Under the pieces are notes generated by a model. That model searched no databases, was not told the origin of the DNA, and saw nothing but the letters and a program-made list of their open reading frames with translations. The translations under genes and the position numbers were made by a program. A stretch of DNA of 64,000 bases. It comes from Owenia fusiformis (taxonomy: Eukaryota). The stretch covers positions 49,228,001 through 49,292,000 of the forward strand of contig CAIIXF020000001.1 of the NCBI GenBank assembly GCA_903813345.2. The letters run 5' to 3'. Shown here in pieces: positions 13,301-28,300 of the stretch. The stretch's first letter is position 1. Every line of letters begins with the position of its first letter.

Positions 13301-16300
13301 TCGAGTTATAGTAAAATATGTTAAAATGGCGGCTATGTTTAAAATGGCCGCCTTCTCCCAAAAGTGTCATTAGACAGTGTGCCATGCTTATAGTATTCAC
13401 ATACCAAATATGAACGAAATCACTCCACTACTTTTCGAGTTACAGCAAAAATCGTAAAATAACAAGTAAAGGCCACCATTTTTCAAGATGGCTGCCATGT
13501 GCTTCTTCAACATCTGCATTTCTAGCTTTATTAATGTCCAAAATGGCCGCTATTTTTAAATGAGTGGCCATTTTGAAAATCGGCTTTCGAGCAGAACTTC
13601 TACCCCCACAGGGTATATGTGTACAAAATATGAACAAAATTGGGCCAACAGTATTTGAGTTATTGCCCGAACGGACGTACGTACGTACGGACGGACAGAC
13701 GGACGTATATCCCTCCGAACTTCGTTCAATTAGATAACTATTTAAAATTAATTCAAATTGTTAGGACATGATACTAAGCTTATAAAGTAAAAATTTGATT
13801 AGTTACACCAATCATTGTGATTTTAGAGCCCATTGTTATTTCATTCTACAGTTTAAATTGTATAAATCTTCTTAATATCAACGTATTTATAATAGTCTAC
13901 ACTTATTTAATGCCTGTTTATAATGATACTGAACATTACTGTAATATTGAAATCATATAAGTAATAAAGATCCCAAAGTGGAGGTCAATGTCCCCTCCTC
14001 CCATTTGTGACATGGCGTTATACGAATTAGGTTGAAGACATCAGAATGAAACCTGTTTTCATGATTAATACACCTCAATGATGTAATTTAATCGTAAAAC
14101 TGTACTAGCTTTTCATCTAAGAACTATCCGGAAAAATACTTAATATTTGTAAAATAGACCCCTGCTGAAATCGTTCATAAATGAAGTTCTGTAACTTTGT
14201 ATGGTGCTCAAAAATTCATAAATGGTCAATGTTATAATCCCAACTAAAAAAACGCAAATTAAAAACATTAGGCTGTAACAATAAGCATTAAAAAATTATC
14301 TTGTGTTTGATGAGTTATACCCCCACTGTGAACATGGATTCCATTTTGATCTAATTTTTCAGTTGAAATTTTACATTATGCTCTTGACATATAATAATTC
14401 ATGCTTTTTGTACTTATTTATTATCTATTCACAAGAAATCTTTTAAAACGATTATTTCTTAAAAAAATGGACCCCTGCTTAAATCTCAAATAAATGATAA
14501 ACGGTAATGTTGTGTGATCCTCAACAAGCAATACCATATTCAGTGATATTAAATCTATCAATATAATCTATAAAAATGATTGGAACTTGAACAGGAGGTA
14601 ATTTCCAAATATTTGTCAATTCCTTTATCACTAATATCTAGTATGTAGATGGCAATGGCTTATCAGGAAAACGCTCAATGGTAATAATTGAAATAATTGA
14701 AAAACAAAAACGCATAATCAATGTGCAGCTTTATTATATATATTCTAGAATTAAACATTGTTTTTGATAGATATTTTGAATCCTGCAAATCAAACAAGAC
14801 AATAATATATACTCCAATGATTTGAGCGAAATATACTAAAGAAAGTGCTATTGTCTTAGTTTTCCTTTAAATTGAATTCAAAACGTTGTCCTGCCACTAA
14901 ACCACAAAATGGATGAACTTCCTGGATAGAAGTTTTTTGCTTTTTCGATTTAAACCTATGTAACAGTCATGTTGCGGATTATCATTTGGCACAAAGTTAG
15001 ACAATATAGTCTAGCTTTTAAAAATTCCCTTGGTTTGGAATTTGATTTTTAAATAAAGCTGCAATTCATGCATTTAGATCATCGCTTTTGTTACATTGAC
15101 GAAAGTCGGCAAAGTAACATACATTGGTAATATAACGGACTTTCGTCAATGTAACAAAAGCGAGGGGCTAAATAAAATATATGAATTGCAACTTCATTAA
15201 CAAGATAAATTCCAAATCGAAAAAACTTATTAAAACTACTATACTATTTTCTAAATTTGTTCCAAATTATAATCTGCAACTTGACTTATAAGTAAGGTTT
15301 AAATCGAGAAAACTCGTAACCAGGAAGTTCATCCATTTTGTTACATTGACGTTCCGTCAAAGTAACTTGTTGTGGAACAGTGTAAATGGCAAGGTGTATC
15401 CAGAAATGGAGAAATATAAACATCTTATGATATCACTAGTCTACTAGCGAGCTCCGACTCTAAATCGGTTATTTTGAATAAGGTCGTTTACATGTAAGTA
15501 TTTAACCATTCGTTTTCTATTGTATTACCAATTACCACTCATACTGTAAGGTATGATACCACTCAGTAAATGACTTAATTATGACTATTTGTATAGGAGG
15601 TTCATCACAAGGATTAAATTGTTTCACTTAATCGATACGAAGTCGCAAGTGGGAATCATAAGAAGTACATGTCGTATATACAAATGTAAGTTTAGCGAGG
15701 GTGTCCAGGAAACCAGATTTAAGATGGAACCCATCCATCATGCTATTTTGACATTGTTTCGATATATTACACGCCATTTACAGTAAAGATGGACAATATA
15801 TAGTTACCATGGTAACTGAAATCAGGGACCGTCAATTCGTGTATTATCAGGATAAATTTATCTCTGGTAATTAGTAACGATGCATTGTGGAACGTATCCA
15901 GTAATCTATTCCTAGAATGGAGAATTCAATCCTACGAACTCAGGGCTTGAGACAGGTGATACATCTGACATTATCTCAATACATCTATAGAGGATGTTTC
16001 AATCCGATTGTCAATCTTATATCTGATAAATCTGGCGGATTGTACGAATTCAACAAAAATATCTAAATATAGATAAATAAGTGCAATTTTATCTTGATAG
16101 ATTATTAAGGAGGTGAAATCTTCTATTCGTTTTAAAAAATCAAGTCAGAATATTATTAAAATGAAGTAATTAAAAACATGAGACGTCGTACCCAGGAGTC
16201 ATAGTATATTTCATCGTTTTTTTATTGTGACTATTTCCCAAATTGAACAGTTCTGAATATCGAAAATTTTGGAATTATCGTACATTTATGAGAAAATCAC

Positions 16301-19300
16301 GAGGAGTCGTAAATGATAAGAATTGTAATTGCATTTTTGACTTTTTTGGGTAGTATGTGTATTTATAAATGTTACCTCCGAATTCTGGTCTCGCAGGAGA
16401 ACTGAGCACCGTTCACACTTGAGTAATGATTGAGCCTTTTGCATAATTTTCTGGACTACTTTTTCTACCGAGGTTTGTTCCTCGAAGAGATCATGAGCAA
16501 CTTCCAGCAGCACCTAAGCAATGGGAAAACATAAATGGCAGTATTAGACTAGATGAAAGCCAAGAGGGGGTTGTTTTGGTGTAAATCCTATATTCATTGC
16601 ATAACCTGTGTGTCCGATCTGCTCTGATGAAGGATCGACTACTTTAACATGGGACCTCGAGCAATTTTTGCAAGGTCAGCAGAATTTACAATATTCAAGG
16701 AACAACGTATATTTTATTTTAATTACAGGTACTATACCGTAGCCTATTTTGACACGTTTTAATGAAATAAATGATTGGATCTGAGTTAGTCAGTTTTGAT
16801 TTTGACCCCTCTTGCACAACCATTTCCTTCAGATTTTCCATAAATTTCTTCCGATTGACATGATCGAGGAATTAGATAACCTTGCAATCCTGTAATGATT
16901 GTAACTAATGTCAAACTTACTCTGTTTCTGTCATACTCCACAGTATATGACTCAAACATTTGTGCATTGCTGATTGCCATGCCACAAAAGGCCAAGTACG
17001 TCTCAAACACCTGAAACATACACAATGGGGCATCATTCTCGAGTCGACTACGATAAAGACTTACTCTTGCTTCAAGACACTGCCGCCCCTTATTTACTTC
17101 AACAACAGGGAAGATATTGTTGGAGTAATAGGGGGGGGGGGGGGTACGGTAAGGGTCTCAAAGCAAGACTATCACGACTACGAGGATGGGGTAGTGTTTC
17201 GTTTTGTAAAATACGTTCAATGTTTATTTGATGACATTTGTTTTAGTAATTTTCCTGAATTAATTTTGAATAGTTTGAATTTTTTGTGTTGTCTAAAGTA
17301 TCATACAATTATGTTGCCTTTTACATGTAATAGTGTCATTCGCTATGGTTTATGAAATTTATTATCAGCAAGGTTCATTCAACCCAGACTTTCCTTAACA
17401 ATTTATTGACTTAATAACAGCAGAAAAGACCATGGAATCAATATCTGAAATGCAATAAATAGCACATCATCCCTTCCTTTGACCCGTATAGCAGGTACTT
17501 AAAGTGGCAGCAAAGAATATTGTACTTTGTTGAAAGTGAGTTTTCATTTCGTACAATTCCAATCATACACATAAAAAAGAATTGAGGTTCTTGCAGGATT
17601 TTGAAGATCTAATTTTGAGACGGAGACATTCATCAAACTTGAAAAAGGGACGTCTTCTTTGTTATTGTCATTGACCTAACAGCATTTAGTTTTGTAATGA
17701 ATAATTAAAACATCAGAACTATTTGACCTTATAGGCATGGTATGACATACCCTTTGTAGTCGTTTGATTTCGCTTCTTAAAAGAGAACTTCGTCGTTTAC
17801 AACTCAACTCTGCGCCCAGGGATGGCATGAAATATTTAATTAAGAACAAAACAATATTGTTGATAAAACTGTGACACCTTTTTAGAAAGCTTTTCAACTT
17901 TTCAAATACTAAATAGACATGTTTTGCGTACGCAAAATGACAATATTTGAATGATAGTAATACAACAACATGAGAAACCATGGGAAACCATGAGAACACT
18001 TTTAGCTTCTTTCTACTTGAAGACGAAAAGATGTGATGAGTGACACAAGAACATTACATCCAATAACGAGCTCATCAGTGCATTTTCTATAAAATGTGTC
18101 TGTTGAACTAAAATTGTACTTGACTGTTCTATCATGCGAGACATTGTCAATCAAGGTCGATTGCTTATGTACAAACTAATATAAATCATATTGATGATTG
18201 CAAAGAATCGTGCCATTTATCTATTCAGGTGAATCTCCTGTAATTGTATTGTGTGAACATCGTTAATGTGAAGCTCAGATTGAAGTATTACGTCACGCCA
18301 ACATGCACTCATGCAACAACGAAGTCACCATCCCCTCATATACCTGTTCTACAAGTATTTACACGACGCCTAATGAAATAATTTATGAGATAGTCGCTAC
18401 ACTCAAACGCACATAGATTTAAAGTCAACAACATTAAGGTGAGGGTTCCATCGCCGATCACGGGGAATCAGACTACTATGGTAGAGGCTTATGGGCAAAT
18501 ATAGATATTTTCAAAATCAGTTGTTTTACTGAAACCTGCTGTGTGAGTAGATACCAGGTACATTTGATGTGCGCTATTTTAAAGTCATCACAACTAGTTA
18601 TCATAATCATGCGATGTATACTGAAAATATTGCTTATTATTTCTCAAAAACAGCTTAAATGATGATCTTTTAGAGAGGCTTTGTATAAAAAACCTCCTAT
18701 CTCATACCCACCTAACCACGTACGTTGGACATAATACTGCTTCTGAAACGATGAAAACATCAGTTTGCTCCAATTTCATCTTCCTCGTGTTGTACCTTAC
18801 CTCACGTGTTCAACTGTCACGCTTAATTTGGTACAGCCCCTGTGACCTTTGTACTATATTCACACAAGGCAAGGCAAGGTACATCCGATTTCAGCCAATC
18901 CGAGCACATTATATCATATAACTGCAGTGCATTATATAAACAATCAGCGCAGCCAAAACTTGACCCTGGCAAAAAGTCTCTTTGAAAATATGTTCTTTTA
19001 GTGATTTCGTATCTTTTAAATAACATGGTAGAAAATATTTTGCAATTTGTATTATGTTACCTATGCATGTACCTATGCTATGTATTTTAAATTTCGAGCG
19101 AATTGCATCTCATAGGGATCATTCAAAGTCATATTTGTAGTTTCCTGAAAGTTCATTTGGAAATGTAATGTGTTAATGTCATTTGGTGGTTCATCCTTGA
19201 CATAACCATATTAGGGCTATGGAATTACTGTATATAGATATAGTCGAGTCAAGTCATGCTTGTACATCCAGCATTTCGTTTAACTATCCACACAGTGATC

Positions 19301-22300
19301 CACCAATTTATTTACGTACGTCTGTACATCACACCGGAATAGCCTGACAGCGGTAAAGTCAGATGACGTTGTCACAAATGGCGGACATAACCATCGCTTC
19401 AATTAGATTTTCATGAACTGTATGTTTAATAGAGCACCTAGACGAAATTCCTTTGGAACAACAATCAATCAACGTATCTTTATACTCATTGTACAGTTAA
19501 TTATGTTCTACCATCAAATTAAAGTCTTTAATTTAACCGATCAAAATGAGATACGGGACAACGGACACTGTATAACCATGTGGCGTTGTCTTTGTAAATT
19601 ATTTCAAATTCAGATTCCGTTGTCACCGACGATATCGAAGACGTTATTGTTGCGATTCACGACCAAATGTGATCGCAATAGGGATTTCATATGATACACC
19701 ATTACAAGGGGCTAGTACATGCACAGAATTAGCGACGATAAAATCTCTTGAAATGAGGACCAAGTGATTAAAGAGTTGAAGCGACGGTTATATCCGCCAT
19801 TTGTGACAGCAGTATCTGACTTTACCGTTGTCAGGCTATTCCGGTGTGTACATACAGGACTGGCACAAACAGCTACACTTCACTTAGAAATTGAGAACGC
19901 GACATTCGTACGTGTGCGAATGCTGCCATAAATGAAATACTTGATGAAAAACGAGATGAAGAGATGATGGATGTAATCCGTTTTCATGCCGACTTTATTC
20001 TACATCTCCATTAATTCCACGGTATTCACAGTGGCACAGTTTCTTCCCATCTAAATATACAAAAGGTATCATACACATGCAGATGGGGTCTTGTGGATGA
20101 TATTGACCGCTTCGTTGCATTTCTCATTAGAATTTCCAATTACGTCAGTACATCATCCAAGCTGTCATAGACTTGTTAATTCGATCAATAAATACATTAT
20201 CCTACACATAACTGACTGCACCATTCCTTAGGAATGACAGGATTATTGCCATAAGGATGAGTAATTGGGAAAATCAGTAGAAAAACCTTAATTTATCTTC
20301 CAAAAACATACTGTCCTCGTACTAAATTATTAAACTGCTTAAATTAATTTCGTTATTTGTTGCTTTGAAGATGAAGGGGAGAATAGGTGTGTTGTAAACT
20401 AGGGCAATAAAACACATTCGTTCAAATGTTAGAATCAAAGGATATATATCGATAGTTAAAGAACTGTTTTCTGTCTTCATTGAGGAGGATAGCCGAACAG
20501 ACAAATACAGTTGGTAACATATGTTGCGTCGTTTCAATCTTGGATATAATCATAGCTTTTGTTTTTTGGTTCCCATTACCGGGCACAGAATAAAAAATAC
20601 TATGCATGAAGCATGGAAGAAGGGGAAAAATTTGCTATTTTGAAATTGTCCCATTGTTTTTAGCTCGATTTTAGTCATTGGAATCAAACTATTATCAACT
20701 TATCAAACCCCGTATTGCTTCTAAATTACCAATTGCTCCTGTTTTCTTGATTTCAAAGGCTCTCTTTCAGCCTGTAGTGAGCGGTTATTCTGGGTGTACA
20801 AAAATCTCATTTGGAAAAATGGTTAACTTATGAATTGATGAGTACCCGGTCCATCAGCAGATGATGTCATCTCATTTATCTCCCCAAAACCAGGGCAATT
20901 TATGACACAACCTAGCTACAGGAGAAATCTTAGACTTAATTTTGTTTCCAAACGGACGCCACAGCTTACGTTTGCAATATTCAAGATATTGCATTCAGCA
21001 AATTTTGATCGATGCGCTTTCTTTAAGTATTGAACTATGACTTATTTAGAATGAAAATCAATCCGTAGATCAGAATCAGAATCAGATCAGAATGTTTATC
21101 CAAGACATGTGAATGCTCGAGGGATTTACGAAAAAGACCGACCCTACCGACCGGTCAGTGTTTTCCACTGGTAGCCTCAAAACAGGGTTTGACCATATCA
21201 TGTCAAAGACTGACCATATTTGTAGCCTTAAAATATTATTAATAAAGAAATCTAACGTACAATTTCGAATTAAAATGATTTGTTATAGTCATAGCCAGAG
21301 GGGGATTAACACCAGAGTTCAAAGATGACGTACGTATCATTCTGATACTCATAGCATCTTTCTGTTTCACCTGAAGCATCTCAGGGCTGAGAAGAAATGA
21401 GATGTCATGGTTTATCATGATGCGTAAACCTGTATTGAGATGACATACATCACTGACGACCGCTCGTATAAAGAATCAAGGTTGTGACTCGTGTCCTAAC
21501 ACCCCAGTCACATTTCCTACGGCGACCTTGCGGTCTATCATTTCTGCGGCCAGTAACATTTCTACGCTCGCCGTGGAATTTCTGCGCTCTTATACTTTTG
21601 CAGTCACATTTCCCACGGCAGCCGCACGGTGAATTTTAAATTTCTGTTGATAAATAATACTTTTTTCATTTTATTTACATCGGGACAATTTATAAATGTC
21701 ATTCATAGTGCTAGGATGTAATATCAAATGAAAAGTGATCGTGAAACATTGACAAATAAAATATGAACAAATGTTATAACTCCGAGTTATAATTTCTACG
21801 GCGACCAAGCGGCCTGTAAAAAATTGGATACGCCGTACGGAGGCCGCAAGGCGAGCGTAGTTTTCCTACGCTCGCCGCAGAAATACACTGATTTAATTTA
21901 TCTGCGGTCGACGCACGGCCTCCGTACGATAAATGTGACTGGGGTGTAAGTATAATTTCTCGTGTGATAACGCTTGCGCGTGTTATACTTATAACACATT
22001 ATTATTTCTCAAATGTACGTGTGTAATAAAGCGTGTCATTTCTCACACGTAAGTACTCGAGCAAGAGCACGTGTGATAACATGTGTAAGTACATTTGTAT
22101 CGGCGATTGGTCATACGTAATAGGTTGGTGTTTCAATTTTATATGCAAGCTTAAACTCCCTAATATCCGATACGCGTTTAATTCCCACACGATTCTTTTA
22201 AGTGCTTTGGTGAACCCTATCTACAGGGTACACCTCAGTATCTACTGTACAAAGTAATAGCAGATAATTGTCACCTTAAAGTCCTCAATAATTGTCAAGT

Positions 22301-25300
22301 TTGGTGACGTCAATCTGCTCAAAATAACAACTGTGACTTCGTCTCAGGTGATGAGTGCAATTTTTACATTGTCACACAACGTATTTCAATTAATGTATTT
22401 TATTAATACACTCATGTACTTGTCAGTGCTAGGGAATTCTAGAATGAATGATCGCCGCAAGGGGTTCGGGCTTTGAAGAAAATGAGACTCATTATGGGTC
22501 CCTTGGCCTCTACCAGTCTACCACCTCTTGAAAAGAATATGTACCATCCACACGCATTCTCCCTCACGCGTTAGATAACGAAAGTCTCAAATAGCAGAGT
22601 CGAATAGGCTACCTAACAATGACAGACTCTACAATGACACTATAGGCCAAAGAGATGAGGATGCGAAGGCAAGCTCTTAAAAACAAGAGTAACTTCATAC
22701 TACAATTGAATTGAATGAGATCTGTAAACTAAACTTAAACTGTAAAAATGACATCGCTGGCTTGTTTGTTTGGATATCAAATGAATACTATAGCATAACA
22801 ATAAAATGGAAACGATTTTAACGATTTTTGAAATAAAAACTTTTGAAAAGAAATTTTTTCTCAAATAATCAAATTTCCCGCCAAATTTTTTTATTCATCA
22901 AATATTCCACTATACAGCACAAAAAATGAAAAGCTGACAACTTTTTTTGCAAAAATATTTTTTCAAAAATCTCTAAAACAACTTTTGAAGCGACGACAAA
23001 AAATAGTAAATGAATAATAAAAACATATTTTCAAACCTTACAAAAGGGGACGTAAAGTGACATTACAAACAGAAGACATACTCACCCTTGGTATACGAAG
23101 CTAACGAAAATTGACCGGTACGGGTCAAAAGCTGGACCGGTACGGGTTAACGGTTTTATTTGAATTTAAAACAGCCATAACTTGCTCAATATTGACTTCC
23201 TTGTGTCTAATTTGAAATATATGATGCCTCTCGATGCTTTTAAATACCCCAATTTTTTACAGATTTTTAAACGGACCAAAACTCTCTAAATGCGCATTTA
23301 TGCTATTTTCTCTCGAGAACGACTGTCTCATTTTCACGATAACTTTTATTTAGTACTTCTAACATATAAGATCTATTTTTCCCCATCAAGGTATGATGTA
23401 AATGACATATGCTATTTACATCTTGTGAGTTTCAATGACGCGCGTTTGATTTTATAAAAAATACCAAACTTTGTGACAAAGAATTTCATCCTGCTTGCAG
23501 CGAGAAGACGGACCGGTTCGGGGCAATCTGGTTGCAACGAGAAGACGGACCGGTTCGGGGCAATAGCTGATGAAATTCTTTGTCACAAAGTTTGGCATTT
23601 TTTTATAAAATCAAACGCGCGTCATTGAAACTCACAAGATGTAAATAGCATGTCATTTACATCATACCTTGATGGGGAAAAATAGATCGTATATGTTAGA
23701 AGTACTAAATAAAAGTTATCGTGAAAATGAGACAGTCGTTCTCGAGAGAAAAGAGCATAAATGCGCATTTAGAGAGTTTTGGTACGTTTAAAAATCTGTA
23801 AAAAATTGGGGCACTTAAAAGCATTGGGAGGCATCATATATTTCAAATTAGACACGAGGAAGTCAATATTGAGCAAGTAATGGCTATTTTAAATTCAAAT
23901 AAAACCGTTAACCCGTACCGGTCCAGCTTTTGACCCGTACCGGTCAATTTTCGTTAGCTGCGTATACCAAGGGTGATACTGTTAAGATCTTATCATAAAC
24001 ACCCTTGGTATACGCAGCTAACGAAAATTGACCGGTACGGGCCAAAAGCTGGACCGGTACGGGTTAACGGTTTTATTTGAATTTAAAACAGCCATAACTT
24101 GCTCAATATTGACTTCCTCGTGTCTAATTTGAAATATATGATGCCTTCCGATGCTTTTAAGTACCCCAATTTTTTACAGATTTTTAAACGGACCAAAACT
24201 CTCTAAATGCGCATTTATGCTCTTTTCTCTCGAGAACGACTGTCTCATTTTCACGATAACTTTTATTCAGTACTTCTAACATATACGATCTATTTTTCCC
24301 CATCAAGGTATGATGTAAATGACATGCTATTTACATCTTGTGAGTTTCAATGACGCGCGTTTGATTTTATAAAAAATGCCAAACTTTGTGACAAAGAATT
24401 TCATCCTGCTTGCAGCGAGAAGACGGACCGGTTCGGGGCAATCTGCTTGCAGCGAGAAGACGGACCGGTTCGGGGCAATAGCTGATGAAATTCTTTGTCA
24501 CAAAGTTTGGCATTTTTTATAAAATTAAACGCGCGTCATTGAAACTCACAAGATGTAAATAGCATGTCATTTACATCATACCTTGATGGGGAAAAATAGA
24601 TCTTATATGTTAGAAGTACTAAATAAAAGTTATCGTGAAAATGAGACAGTCGTTCTCGAGAGAAAAGAGCATAAATGCGCATTTAGAGAGTTTTAGTCCG
24701 TTTAAAAATCTGTAAAAAATTGGGATACTTAAAAGCATCGGGAGGCATCATATAAATCAAATTAGACACGAGGAAGTCAATATTGAGCAAGTTATGGCTG
24801 TTTTAAATTCAAATAAAACCGTTAACCCGTACCGGTCCAGCTTTTGACCCGTACCGGTCAATTTTCGTTAGCTGCGTATACCAAGGGTGCATATATTATC
24901 AATAATATGTCATATCTTCCCATTTTTCTAATGAACTCACTCACTTATTCACTCACTCACTTATTGGGTAAATTTTAAGAAAGACAGATTTTCTAATTTA
25001 CATTTTTTGTAATTTGGTGTCAGAGCATGCCTCCTCAGAAAATGAAAGTATACCAATCCAAAATCAGTGAGTGTCATTTTCGTGTCATCCAGTATTATCA
25101 CATATCAAATTAATGAGATTACTGATTACAATCAAATGAAATCTGTTAAAAATGACATCACAAACAGAACATATCTATCTGTTCAGATATTATCACATGT
25201 CAAATCAATAAGATTACAATCACAAACATAACACATACTGTTAAAAATGACATCACATATCAAATTAATAAGATTACAATCAAATGAAAGCTGTTAAAAA

Positions 25301-28300
25301 TGACATCACAAACAGAACACGTGCTGTTCATATATTATCACACATAAGATTACAATTTAAATTAAAGCTGTTAAAAATGACATCACAAACAGAACACGTG
25401 CTGTTCATATATTATCACACATATAACAATCGAATTAAAACTTTTGAAAATGGCATTACACACACAACGTATATACTGTTCAGATATGCTCGGTATCTAA
25501 TTAATGCCATGGCTATAAGTGAGGTGTGCATTTGTAAAGCAGTAATCAAATAGAGACTGTTTATACAATTTAATTGAAACGAGTTTAATAAAAGTTGAAG
25601 TTTATTAAACACATCCTGATACTCATCAGTTTCCTATTTTTCAAGTAACAATATGACAGGACAAATGAGACAACATAAGTGAGCATATTCCGATACCCAT
25701 CGCATACCATTCCTTACAAAAGACGGTATTGTAGTTACAAGAAAAAATATGTGAATAGTATTAAAATGGGCTTATGGCGCCGACAAAAACCTATGATGTG
25801 ACATTTACTGATTATAAATGATCAGTCCCCTATGTGCTGTTATAGCAATGGTACAATAAATTGTCATTCCTCTTTTACAAGTCTCTAATTTCTTACAGAT
25901 TGAACTTATTTGACATTATCTAAAAAAGGAATGATGAAAGCTTTCTGTGTAATTAACCTTGTAACCCTAACTAACTACTAACTCGCATGACATATTGGAA
26001 AGTTGGGAAATTGCATCAATTAACTTTTCTTCAAATCATATCACGTATATCACATGTACGTATCAGATGTGGAATTGTATAACATAACAGAGTAGGCTAT
26101 TGTTTATGGCAGGACATTGTAATATTATGTTACATTTATTAATGCATTTCTTACACACAGTTCGACAAGCCTTGAGATGAGCGGCCCAGTGGCAGTAAGG
26201 GTATACTACTGTCACCTTATATTTAGAGAACCTTATCTTTGAACTGGAATGCATTTGAAGAACGTACAGAACTAGGTCACATTGGAACTCTTTGAATTAG
26301 AAATATAAAATGTGAAAATAAAAAACAAGGAAGCTTGATCAAGAGATGTCTGTTTCATAATTCGAATAGTCCGACCTTAAGTATTGCAGTATGAAGAATA
26401 TAAAACGAGCTTCATCAGATCGGACGGCAGTCACCTTAATCCCATTCAAATATTTTCCAAGATTTGGATAAGATCTACGATGGCACTGTATTTTTTACTC
26501 GAAGACAACTACTCTTTTCAACATATTCAATATTTGAGACGTATATATAGTATGAATATTATTCAGAATTATATTTCTATTTTCTCACCTTTTCATCATC
26601 TAAACTGAACGATTCATCTGGGCGTTTATTGATGACTTGGGCCACACCAATAGTTTCATTGTCAGCGTTTCTAATAGGCATGCATAGCAAGGAATCTGTC
26701 TCATGGCCTGTAATCGTGTCAACCTCATTATTGTACCTCGGGTCCTGAAACACAGAGAATGATATATCATGAATCGAATGCCAAATCCATCCATTGTACC
26801 ATACTCGTTTCCCAGTTTGATTTTCAATCAAATGATTTTCAACATATGAAAACATCATACCTTGAAATCCAAGATACAATTGTACCCGGAGGCATGAACC
26901 ACAGAAAATACGTCATTAATTGCTGTCATATACAGGGTGTCAAATAAGTCCCGTCCCCCCCCCCTCTACAGCCAAAACCAAGATATATGGTACCAAATGT
27001 GATATATCATTGGAAAGGTCTTCCAAAGTTACGATGATTAGCATATATCTGACACATGTCAATCAATCACACAAAGCTTTACAGTGTATCAATTAAGGTG
27101 ACCATATGCCGAGAAACATGGCAATTTGGCGTATTTGGCAGGATTTTCAGAATCGGGTATAAGAAAAGTCAAAGGACCTAAAGATGACTACATATGTATA
27201 TGGCAATGAATTTAACCAATTTCTGGATAGGGGAAGATGTGTAGAAAATAGAGGAGCAAGGTAAGTGGTGAAAACATTTTTGTAACAAGTGGAATGCAAA
27301 AAAGATTAACTTTTTGACGTATTTCCGAGGTCAAATCCTTCTCATTTTGACGCAAAAAGCTGCTTAAAGGAGGGTATGCTTACTATAAAAGACAGCATGA
27401 AAATATATGTGAAGTTCATCCAAAATACTTGAGAGTTAGTGAGTTAACATAACTTTGTATGATCTTTCAAATGGTATATCACACTAGGCACCATCTATTA
27501 AGGTTCTAGCTGTAGTAGGGGGGACGGGACTTATTTGACACCCTGTATAATCATAAATGCCAATTTCGTACATTGTAACTGGAGTTCTGAACCACTTAAA
27601 ATACGTCATTCGTCGCTGTCATATAATCATAAATGACAATTTCATTCATTGTAACTTGGGTTCTGAACCACAGAAAATACGACATTAATTGGTGTCATAT
27701 AATCATAAATGCCAATTTCATTCATTGAAACTGGAGTCCTTAACCACAGAAAATACGACACACATTGGTGTCATACAATCATAAATGCTATTTTTTCATT
27801 GTAACTGGGGTCGACAAATACATAGCGGTATTTGTTTGTTGAATGAGTACTGCTATCGTTCAACAGGGGTGTGAATGCCAACTCCCAGTTTCGAGGTAAT
27901 ATTTGACAATACAATTTCACAGTTTAGGTTCAATTTCAAACGTGATTCCTGTATAAAAAATATTTTTAAATAAATGTTACTCGCTATGTATATTTCTGTC
28001 ATATTGTAACGTTGATTAGAAAAGTCAGAAAACACACCTACATACAACACAAAAATATCAACCATTTCGTTTCATGTTCAGTTGAACAATGATAAAGTAA
28101 AACAAAGGCTTGAAATGCTGAAGTTGATGATGACACAAAACAATTATAGAGTGGTACTGCATCAAATAAATCCATTAACATTTGATGTGAATACATAGAT
28201 TGTTCTCATTTCCTGTACTAAATGCATTGTTGTCTTCTTTTTATCTTTTTTGTGTTGCGTGCTGGGATAAATAGTTATAAGATAAGATAAGTTTATTGTT

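Noticed and set aside
16623..16665. CTGATGAAGG as a Penelope-type hammerhead ribozyme
   Set aside because: No stem II closed by GAAA follows. The same applies to CTGATGAAA in the palindrome loops.
19413..19694. Similar ORFs at 19413-19694 and 54911-55189 as a duplicated small gene or transposase
   Set aside because: The similarity reflects two copies of one MITE; the frames diverge after indels and no catalytic motif is visible.
22450..22530. tRNA or tRNA-derived SINE head on the minus strand
   Set aside because: Only weak A/B-box resemblance; no cloverleaf can be built.
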